NCBI GenBank assembly: GCA_965226885.1
Contig: CBDDEL010000009.1
Coordinates: forward strand, 128,001-192,000
Length of the DNA: 64,000 nt
Direction of reading: 5' to 3'
DNA from: Opitutales bacterium
GTDB taxonomy: Bacteria; Verrucomicrobiota; Verrucomicrobiia; Opitutales; UBA2987
Shown here: positions 56,271 to 64,000 of the stretch, piece by piece
Numbering within the stretch: position 1 is the first letter of the stretch
Layout: every line of letters starts with the position of its first letter
The notes under the pieces: model-generated
The model's database searches: none
What the model was told of the DNA's origin: nothing
The model's input: only the letters and a program-made list of their open reading frames with translations
Translations under genes and position numbers: made by a program

Positions 56271-57598
56271 TGATGTGCACTGGAAAAAGTGGACACGAGA
56301 TTCTCCTAAATGGAGAATCGAAGCATGGGAAGAAGACGCTTTAGTATAGAGTTCAAAAATGAGGCAGTTCAACTGATGATACTCGATGGTCTGAGCGCCA
56401 CCGAGGTATCGACCAAACTTAGGGTCAACACCAACCAATTGTATAGGTGGAAGAGGCTCTATCTGGACGATCAGCAGGGCGAAGCCACCTCAAAGCGACA
56501 GAGCAGTCCGAAGGAGATGGCGGCCGAGATAGATCGTCTTCGCAAAGAGCTGCGCCGCTCGGAGCGGATCAACCAGATACTAAAAAAAACGGTGGGCTAC
56601 TTTGCCAAGGACGAACAATGAAGTACCAGTTTGTCAAAGACAACGAGGGGCGCTTCAAGATCGAGGAAATATGCTCGGCGATGGGGATTTGTCGCAGTGG
56701 CTATTACTGCTGGAGGCACCGAGCGCCCTCGGCCCGGCGGATCGAGGACGAGGGAATCAAGGGGGCGATCCTGAAGGTACACAAAGAGGCCAAGGGCCGC
56801 TATGGGCATCGGCCAATGCACCGCCATCTGAAGGATGATGAGGGCATCGATTGCGGCCGTGACCGGGCTCTGCGTCTGATGCGTGAAATGGGAATCAAAA
56901 GCACCCAGAGTAAACGCTTTAAGCCATTAAAAACCAACAGTAACCATCCCTATGGTTACAGCCCCAATGTGCTTAAAAAGCATGGCCAGCCGACCCATAT
57001 CGACGAGGTCTGGGTGGCGGACACGACCTACCTACGGACCCTGGCCGGTTGGATGTACTTGGCCACGGTGATGGACCTGTTCAGCCGACGCCTGCTGGGC
57101 TGGAGCGTTTCCAACCACAACGACGCGAAGCTGGTTGGCAAGGCCCTCAAAGCCGCGGCCATGACCCGCGGCACACTGCGCACCGGGATTATTCATCACA
57201 GCGATCGGGGCAGCCCCTACGCCAGCGACGACTATCAGAGGCTGGTCTCTGAACTAGGCATGAAGCCGAGCATGAGCGGCCAAGGCAACTGCTACGACAA
57301 CGCGGCCATGGAATCGTTCTACGGCCGCTTCAAGACCAGCACGATTCGAGGCCGCCACTTTGCCGACGAGCGCGAACTGCGATCAACTGTCTTCGAATAC
57401 GTGGAAATCTTCTACAACCGATATCGCAAACATTCCTCTCTGAGTTACCAAAGCCCAGTCCAATTCGAGGAAAATATTTGCCCCCCATGGGGGGCAACGA
57501 GAAAACAAAACCCTTTACCAAAACAAGCCGCCTGACACACTAATCAATAAACAATGAATATAAGAGAATCCCGTGTCCAACAAATCCAGTACACGTCA
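56271..57598 (+). mobile_element. IS3-family insertion sequence, full length 1328 bp (orfA 56310-56621, orfB 56618-57535)
   Basis: TG...CA ends with imperfect IRs; A8C frameshift site 56582-56590; W.AD.TY, HSDRGS, GNCYDNA..ESF. Confidence 0.94.
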
Positions 57599-58165
57599 CC
57601 TACGGACCCTGGCCGGTTGGATGTACTTGGCCACGGTGATGGACCTGTTCAGCCGACGCCTGCTGGGCTGGAGCGTTTCCAACCACAACGACGCGAAGCT
57701 GGTTGGCAAGGCCCTCAAAGCCGCGGCCATGACCCGCGGCACACTGCGCACCGGGATTATTCATCACAGCGATCGGGGCAGCCCCTACGCCAGCGACGAC
57801 TATCAGAGGCTGGTCTCTGAACTAGGCATGAAGCCGAGCATGAGCGCCCAAGGCAACTGCTACGACAACGCGGCCATGGAATCGTTCTACGGCCGCTTCA
57901 AGACCAGCACGATTCGAGGCCGCCACTTTGCCGACGAGCGCGAACTGCGATCAACTGTCTTCGAATACGTGGAAATCTTCTACAACCGATATCGCAAACA
58001 TTCCTCTCTGAGTTACCAAAGCCCAGTCCAATTCGAGGAAAATATTTGCCCCCCATGGGGGCAACGAGAAAACAAAACCCTTTACCAAAACAAGCCGCCT
58101 GACACACTAATCAATAAACAATGAATATAAGAGAATCCCGTGTCCAACAAATCCAGTACACGTCA
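57599..58165 (+). mobile_element. IS3 3' fragment (567 bp) in tandem with the full copy
   Basis: Repeats 57031-57598 with few differences. Confidence 0.92.
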
Positions 58166-58237
58166 AAGGGAATCGACCTCAAAAGCAACAGTTAGTTGGC
58201 AGCTTTTTCTCCCCGCCTGGAATAAGGCCTGGCGAGT

Positions 58238-58894
58238 TCATTCAACCAATATCTTTTTCGCCGCGCTGGCCCCGATGGTCAATGTTTTGCCGGTGCAGAG
58301 AGAGAAAGTGACCGTGCCGGCAACCTGGTTTTGTTCTAAAATCTTGAGATCCGTTCCTGGCTGAAGCCCATTATCTTCAATGAATCGAAGAAATTCCGGG
58401 TCTTGATCGGTAATGCGCGATATGCACAGAGGCTCTCCTCTCGGACTGCCGGAGAGATTCTCCAGATTGCGGGCGTCGATTTTTCCTTTGGCCGTGGGAA
58501 TCGGGTCTCCGTGCGGGTCCACCGTCGGGTATGCCAGCAGAGCGTCGATTTTTTCTAATACCTTATCCGAAATGACGTGTTCGAGTTTTTCCGCCTCCTC
58601 GTGTATTTCCGACCAACTCAGGCCGAGAATTTCTACCAGAAAAAGTTCGACCAGCCGGTGGCGGCGAAGCACATGCAAAGCGAGCTTTTCCCCTTTTTCG
58701 GTCAGCCTCACGCCTATGCGGGGGGCATAGTCGACCAAGCCCGAGTCGGCCAGGGACTTTGCCATAGTGGTCGTGGTGCCGGGGACGACACCCAGAGCCG
58801 ATGCCACCCTGCCCATGGGAACCCGCGATCCTTCCGCTTGCTGCTGCTCCAACAGGATTTGCTTGAGGTAATTTTCTACGGTGCTAGTGGCCAT
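58238..58894 (-). CDS. DtxR/MntR-family metal-dependent transcriptional regulator
   Basis: ENYLK, RRHRLVELFL, HEEAEKLEH, DPHGDPIP, C-terminal FeoA domain. Confidence 0.93.
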   Translation of the reverse strand: MATSTVENYLKQILLEQQQAEGSRVPMGRVASALGVVPGTTTTMAKSLADSGLVDYAPRIGVRLTEKGEKLALHVLRRHRLVELFLVEILGLSWSEIHEEAEKLEHVISDKVLEKIDALLAYPTVDPHGDPIPTAKGKIDARNLENLSGSPRGEPLCISRITDQDPEFLRFIEDNGLQPGTDLKILEQNQVAGTVTFSLCTGKTLTIGASAAKKILVE

Positions 58895-58987
58895 GAGTTG
58901 AGACTTTTTTGCGAAGCTGACAGGTTTTCGGGTTTTGAACAAATAAAATCCTTTTACGACGTGTCCCTGATTAATTATGTTTGTGCC

Positions 58988-59833
58988 CTATCTTAAACGG
59001 CGCCGAATTTGGATGCTGGCCTGTTCCACCGCCAGGACCACCAGCATGGTTACCAGCACCATGGTGGCAACGCTCCGGTAGTCGAAGGCGCGGCGGTAGT
59101 TTTCTATCCACAAACCCAATCCTCCCACTCCCACAAATCCGAGCACGGCGGAATCGCGAATGTTCATATCGATGCGAAAAAGAATGAGCGAAGCGAATTG
59201 CCTGGAAACCTGCGGCCAGATGGCGAAGCGGACCTTTTGCAGCCAGTTGGCGCCAGCACTGTCGAGCGCTTCCCAGACGCCCCATTCGGCGCTCTCGCAT
59301 TGTTCCGCAAAAAGTTTGCCCAGCATCCCAATGGAGTGAATGGCTATGGCCAGGACGCCCGCAAACGGTCCCAACCCAACTGCGGCGACAAAGAGCAAAG
59401 CCAGCACCAGGACCGGGATCGACCGCAGAAGTGCCAGCATGGTTTTGATCGGATGGTGTATCCAGGCCGGAGTCAGGTTTTCGGCTGCCAGAAAGCCCAG
59501 TCCAAAAGCGGCCAGGGTTCCCAAAAAAGTTCCCAAAAGCGAGATTTGCAGGGTCACCGCGACGGTTTCACCGGCCAGCCGCAAGGGCGGCACAAAGGGC
59601 CGCGCCTCGGTCGGATTCCAGGATAAATCCGGGGGCAGCATGCGGGAAAGAAATAGCTTCAGGTTGGGGGTCGATCGTGCCAACTCGAAAATATTCATTT
59701 CCGTGCCCACCCAAGACCAGACCAAAACCGCGGTTACCGAAGCGAGAATAATGAGATGGACCGCAATCCGTTTCCCTTTACCCGGAAACGGGGGCGGCGT
59801 CATCATCGAAGTAGAGGAGGTTTTTTCCGCCAT
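58988..59833 (-). CDS. PhnE/PtxC-family ABC permease
   Basis: RSIP, VGLGPFAGVLAI.IHSIGMLGKLFAE, NIRDSAVLG.VG.GG.G. Confidence 0.9.
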   Translation of the reverse strand: MAEKTSSTSMMTPPPFPGKGKRIAVHLIILASVTAVLVWSWVGTEMNIFELARSTPNLKLFLSRMLPPDLSWNPTEARPFVPPLRLAGETVAVTLQISLLGTFLGTLAAFGLGFLAAENLTPAWIHHPIKTMLALLRSIPVLVLALLFVAAVGLGPFAGVLAIAIHSIGMLGKLFAEQCESAEWGVWEALDSAGANWLQKVRFAIWPQVSRQFASLILFRIDMNIRDSAVLGFVGVGGLGLWIENYRRAFDYRSVATMVLVTMLVVLAVEQASIQIRRRLR

Positions 59834-60560
59834 AGATTCCTTCCATTTTTGATTCCGTGAGTGTGTCTGAAGGGCCGTCGAAAACGACGCGACCTTCCTT
59901 CAAGCCGATAATTCTTTTTGCGTAAGTCTTTGCCAAACGTGGCTGGTGCAAGCTCATAATGAGGGTGTTTTCATGGTGTTTCTGCACTTCTGACAACAGT
60001 TGCAGGACTTCCGCCGCCCGCAGGGGGTCGAGGCTCGAGACCGGCTCGTCGGCCAGGATGAGGGAAGGGCGTTGAGCCAGGGCGCGGGCCACGGCCACTC
60101 TTTGTTGCTCGCCCCCGCTGAGCGTTTCCGCCATTTGATGAACGAGATCGGACAGACCCACCTCGCAAATGGCCTCCCAGGCAATGCGTCGATCCCGGGG
60201 CGGGAAATAACCGAATAACGAGGGGAGCGGATGCGCCGCCCCCAGCCGCCCACAGAGAACGTTTTGCCAGACCGTCATCCTCGGAGCGAGATGGAATTGC
60301 TGGTAGATCAACCCCATCCGCCGTTTGATCCGGTTTCTCTGCCGACGCGCCGCCAAAAAAAGATTGCAGCCCAATATTTCGACTTTTCCCTGAACCGGCG
60401 GCACATAGCCCTTGAGGCATCGCAGAAGGGTGCTTTTGCCTGCTCCGCTGGGACCGATTACAGCCACTCTTTCGCCGCCCTCAATACGGAGGCTTGGAAT
60501 GGCGAGGGCCGCCGGCTTGTTTTTGCCGTAACGAACCTCCAAGTGTTCGATTGTGACCAT
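59778..60560 (-). CDS. PhnC/PtxA-family ABC ATP-binding protein
   Basis: GPSGAGKST, NVL.GRLG, LSGGEQQRVA, ADEPVSSLDP. Confidence 0.9.
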   Translation of the reverse strand: MVTIEHLEVRYGKNKPAALAIPSLRIEGGERVAVIGPSGAGKSTLLRCLKGYVPPVQGKVEILGCNLFLAARRQRNRIKRRMGLIYQQFHLAPRMTVWQNVLCGRLGAAHPLPSLFGYFPPRDRRIAWEAICEVGLSDLVHQMAETLSGGEQQRVAVARALAQRPSLILADEPVSSLDPLRAAEVLQLLSEVQKHHENTLIMSLHQPRLAKTYAKRIIGLKEGRVVFDGPSDTLTESKMEGIYGGKNLLYFDDDAAPVSG

Positions 60561-60581
60561 GGGTCGGATGGCGGGGTCAAG

Positions 60582-61514
60582 TTATGGAGAAAATAATTCC
60601 GGTTTTTTAACGAAACCGTGACGCGCCGCGATCTTCGCTACTTCGGAAAAATCGGAAAGCCGGGCTTTCGTAAACCCGCGCACCCCATACAATTTATTCA
60701 ATAAAATTTTATCTTCCGGGTCGTTCCAATCCAGGGCCAGTAGGGCTTCCTGGATTTTCTCCCGGATTTCCTGGCTCAGTCCCCGGCGTGCCATGACCAG
60801 ATGAGATGGACTTTGAATGGAATCGGCAATGGTCATTACCCGGTCGCGTTCCTCCGGCCGCAGAAGTAGGTAGGCGTACTGGCTGATCCCGGCCGCATCG
60901 ACAAAGCCGTTGAGAACGGCGCGGATGGCCTGCTCGTCCCCGCCCGCAAAATAGACTTGTTTGAAAAATCCGCCTTCCGGCTTGTTGCCGTTGAGCAGTT
61001 TGGCCCGGTTGAAGACATCCCTTGGCAATAAATGCCCCGACATGTCCACCTGGTCGGCATAGGCAATGGTTTTCCCCTGCAAATCGGCCAGGCTGGCGAT
61101 CGATTCTCCTCGCCTTACCCAGATAGAGGAGTGGTAGGTGGGTTGGCCGCTCTCATAAACTTCCAGCAAGAGCGGGATGACTCCGATTTGCTCATGGGCC
61201 ATCATGAAAGCCAGTGGATCGACAAAGGCGAGGTCCGCTTTTTCAGCCCGCATGGCTTCGATGGAAGAGCCGTAGTCCAGGGTGATGAAACCCTTTACCG
61301 GCCTACCCAGAAGCGGCTCCAGGTAATTCAGAATGGCTTCGCTGTCGTAGGCCACCTGTTGGGGATTGGCATAGGAGATAAAGGCGATACGGAGTTCCCG
61401 TTCATCGGATTCCCCACCTTTTGCCAGCGGATTGGATTGCAGGATCGTCCCGACTACAACTGCTATAAAAAAGGCTTTCATGGACATACCCGTAAACGAA
61501 AATTGTTGGTTCAT
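60582..61514 (-). CDS. PhnD/PtxB-fold substrate-binding protein with altered ligand site
   Basis: DY...IEAM....DLAF, Y.S.I.V, I.SL.DL.GK; DMSG and GGDE at the STSG and G.H positions. Confidence 0.85.
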   Translation of the reverse strand: MNQQFSFTGMSMKAFFIAVVVGTILQSNPLAKGGESDERELRIAFISYANPQQVAYDSEAILNYLEPLLGRPVKGFITLDYGSSIEAMRAEKADLAFVDPLAFMMAHEQIGVIPLLLEVYESGQPTYHSSIWVRRGESIASLADLQGKTIAYADQVDMSGHLLPRDVFNRAKLLNGNKPEGGFFKQVYFAGGDEQAIRAVLNGFVDAAGISQYAYLLLRPEERDRVMTIADSIQSPSHLVMARRGLSQEIREKIQEALLALDWNDPEDKILLNKLYGVRGFTKARLSDFSEVAKIAARHGFVKKPELFSP

Positions 61515-63433
61515 TTTAACACCTCCACATTTTCTGCGTAGAGCGCCCGGTATTCGGCCACTTTGGTTCGCACTTCTTCAACATTGCCCTCGCGGTTGGC
61601 GGCAAGGGCTTCGTCCATGATTTCTGCCATCATTTCCAGGATCGGTCGATATTGTGAATCCCGCAGTTCCCATTTATGATTGCGGATCTCGAACGCGATG
61701 GTTTGGAAAGTCAGATTGATGGAAACCTGCTCGTTCTTTTCTTCCAAAAACTCGTAGGCCGATAGAAAAAAGTAAAACTCCTCCATCTCGGCATCCAGGT
61801 AGTAGGTGGTGTCTTCGTAGGGATCGATTCCATCTCCCACCGTTTCCAAATAGGCCGTCAGGTCTTCTTTTTCATTTTCATCCAGATTGAGGCCGTAAGT
61901 CCGGTCAAACCAATCGACGACCGAACGCAAGGTGGGCTGGCTCCCGTCATGAAAATAGGGCGGCGACCAAAGGGTGCTGAGCAGGGTGGGGGTGTCCATA
62001 GTCCTGTCCAGCGAGTTTTCTCCGTAACCGGATACCGTACCGATGTCGTGTCGTTTGTGATCGACGAAATTGGCCGAGGGAATATGGCAACTGGCGCAGC
62101 TCATCCCGCCCATGCGGGAAAAGGGTTTGTTGAAAATCATCTCTCCCCGTTTGGCCGTTTCCGGGGCTGTCTCGGCCAGCTGGCCATCTTTTTGCAAATG
62201 CTTGTTGGGCAGAAAGTCGAACTCGTTCATGTAGGCGATCAAACCGTCCAGGATAACAGGGTCCGGCTCCGGTCCGTTGAATTCATTGACGATTACATTG
62301 CGGGTAAATTCGCGCAGTGATGCGAAACGCCCGTTGCGTCCATAGGGAGCGGTAAAGCGGATGCCGCGCAAATCGGGGATATTGAGGGGATCGAAATGTC
62401 CGTTGTTGGCATGGGGGGCAAAGAAGCTGTTGGACACATCCATACCGCCCTTTCTTCCAGACAGGCCCGGTATCATGAAATCTGGGTTGGTGATGCTTTT
62501 ATTGTGGCAGCTATTACAGGACAAGCCGATTGAGCGCATGGGGTTTCCGTAGATAAAGGCGCTGTCGAAAGCCATGTCCCCCACCGCTATGAGCGGCGTC
62601 CCGGCTTCGTCCACCCCGCGTGAAGCCATGTTGAGAATTTGCCGTGGGCGCGGTATTTGTTTGTTGATATTGCTGCCGGGGGGAAGTTTCATGGGCAGTC
62701 GCGCAGTGGAATCATAGGTTGGACTGCGGACCGGACGGGGGGCCAGTTTTATTCCGGCGGAAGGAATAAAATCTTCACCGAAATTCATGCTCAAATACTC
62801 GACAATTTGCCGGGCAGCCCGTTGGAAATCATCGCGATTGGCTTCCACCACGCCGAACCCCAGCAATCCCGCCGACCCCAGCGCATTGGTCATGCCAAGC
62901 CAGCTTTGACCCAAATGGTAGTAGCCCTCCATATCGCCTACCCGTATAACGTCCGAAAATGAATCGAATACTCCGCGGGCATTTTCGACCTCTTTAGAGG
63001 CTGCCTGCGGGGTTTCAAACAACTCCTCGGCAACACCGATATGCTGCCGGCACAAGGCGGAAACGCTCTTGGTAAGGGTTTGAAAAACTTCCCGACTGTC
63101 CATGTTTTCGAGGCCTTTTATTAACTGCCGGTTAAAATGCTCTCCTACTGCCGGAGCGAACTCATTCCAGTAGTTGGCGACTGTTTCCAGGTCTCCCTTG
63201 ACCCATTCCCAGTCCACCGGATTAAGATTAAGAATGAAGGCCGACCGCCGATAAGCCTCGGCCACCGGATGGAGGTTCTCCTGGGGAATAATGTGGGCTA
63301 TGGCCAGACCTTGCCCCAATGCCAAAAGAGCGATTAGGGTAAACGGAATCTTCTTGCCAGGCAAACTTTGGCACATCCGCAGACCAGCAATTTGATGGAT
63401 GTTCGACCAGGTAAATATTGAATTTAAACGCAT
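61511..63433 (-). CDS. Exported diheme cytochrome c, peroxidase (bCcP/MauG) superfamily, with large N- and C-terminal extensions
   Basis: Signal peptide; CNSCH (62504-62518) and CASCH (62084-62098); RGE.IF, TPTL, PPYFHDGS. Confidence 0.85.
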   Translation of the reverse strand: MRLNSIFTWSNIHQIAGLRMCQSLPGKKIPFTLIALLALGQGLAIAHIIPQENLHPVAEAYRRSAFILNLNPVDWEWVKGDLETVANYWNEFAPAVGEHFNRQLIKGLENMDSREVFQTLTKSVSALCRQHIGVAEELFETPQAASKEVENARGVFDSFSDVIRVGDMEGYYHLGQSWLGMTNALGSAGLLGFGVVEANRDDFQRAARQIVEYLSMNFGEDFIPSAGIKLAPRPVRSPTYDSTARLPMKLPPGSNINKQIPRPRQILNMASRGVDEAGTPLIAVGDMAFDSAFIYGNPMRSIGLSCNSCHNKSITNPDFMIPGLSGRKGGMDVSNSFFAPHANNGHFDPLNIPDLRGIRFTAPYGRNGRFASLREFTRNVIVNEFNGPEPDPVILDGLIAYMNEFDFLPNKHLQKDGQLAETAPETAKRGEMIFNKPFSRMGGMSCASCHIPSANFVDHKRHDIGTVSGYGENSLDRTMDTPTLLSTLWSPPYFHDGSQPTLRSVVDWFDRTYGLNLDENEKEDLTAYLETVGDGIDPYEDTTYYLDAEMEEFYFFLSAYEFLEEKNEQVSINLTFQTIAFEIRNHKWELRDSQYRPILEMMAEIMDEALAANREGNVEEVRTKVAEYRALYAENVEVLK

Positions 63434-63497
63434 GTATTGGAATAAGATTTATTATGTTTCGATTCCCAGAAACTTTTTTTTGGACTAATAGTCAAGG

Positions 63498-63519
63498 ACA
63501 TTTTGATTAATCAAAATGT
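63498..63519. promoter_or_regulatory. Perfect 22-bp palindrome ACATTTTGATTAATCAAAATGT, candidate operator
   Basis: Read directly; 65 bp upstream of the cytochrome start. Confidence 0.6.
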
Positions 63520-63644
63520 GAAAATAGAGCAATATTCCATCCTTGCCGGGATTGAATTAAGCCTGCCGGAATGATGAGGAATGGTCCTCTTGCCGTGATC
63601 AATGAGTCGAAGGCAGGGCCTCAAATTCGGCCACCCACATCGGT

Positions 63645-64000
63645 TTATGGGGCTTTTGCCAGAGCCGCGAGGGCATCCTGGGCCTGGCTGGCCGGGGTGG
63701 CCTTGAGATCCCGCCAGACTATTTTGCCGTCCTTGATGAGGAAAGCCTGCCGGCGGGCATAGGTATCCACATAGGGCACCCCAAAAGCCTGCACAACTTT
63801 TCCCTTGGCATCGGCAATCAAAGTGAATGGCAGGTGGTATTTTTCCTTAAAGGCCAATTGCGCCTCGGGCGTGTCCATGCTTACGCCAAAAACGGTGATG
63901 CCCGCTTCGCCCAACTCCGTGTAGGCGTCGCGCAGGTTGCAAGCCTGGGTGGTGCAGCCCGGCGTGTCAGCCTTGGGGTAGAAATACACCAGCACGGCGC
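63645..64000 (-). CDS. bcp: Peroxiredoxin, BCP/PrxQ type (5' end outside window)
   Basis: VYFYPKADTPGCT.QAC motif. Confidence 0.9.
   Translation of the reverse strand, partial: AVLVYFYPKADTPGCTTQACNLRDAYTELGEAGITVFGVSMDTPEAQLAFKEKYHLPFTLIADAKGKVVQAFGVPYVDTYARRQAFLIKDGKIVWRDLKATPASQAQDALAALAKAP

Noticed and set aside
57480..57495. Palindrome GCCCCCCATGGGGGGC
   Set aside because: Internal feature of the IS3 3' end; the one-G difference between copies is a homopolymer slip or sequencing error
58988..61514. Straight annotation as a phosphonate or phosphite utilisation operon
   Set aside because: Fold fits, but oxyanion-binding residues are substituted, no catabolic genes are adjacent and the regulator is metal-type
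63503..63514. FNR box
   Set aside because: TTGAT and ATCAA are separated by 2 bp, not the required 4

Overview
Bacterial chromosomal window. Gene content and order suggest Verrucomicrobiota/Opitutales; this is an inference, not tested. Intact housekeeping blocks are sucB-lpdA, nadC-birA-coaX-gldAFG-like-DUF4340-AsmA, a TPAT/TRAP transporter, accB-accC-asp23, thrC-like, ybdK-like plus M20 amidohydrolase, and hppA. They are interspersed with 12 whole or partial insertion sequences from five families (IS1, IS1380, IS5-like, IS630, IS3; about 13.3 kb, about 21% of the window). Most IS ends cut genes whose other halves are missing. The window also holds tRNA-Thr(CGT) and a lanthanide-type xoxF-xoxJ-xoxG cluster whose xoxF is a pseudogene. 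The best candidate for an undescribed system is at the right end (58238-63519): a 640-aa exported diheme peroxidase-family cytochrome, a PhnDCE-like ABC importer and a DtxR/MntR metal regulator, behind a perfect 22-bp palindrome. In the binding protein the oxyanion-binding STSG/His residues are replaced by DMSG/Asp, suggesting metal-cation uptake rather than phosphonate uptake. Short exact tandem duplications (6-23 bp) recur throughout. No CRISPR array or rRNA was seen. All family calls come from motif recognition, with no database searches.
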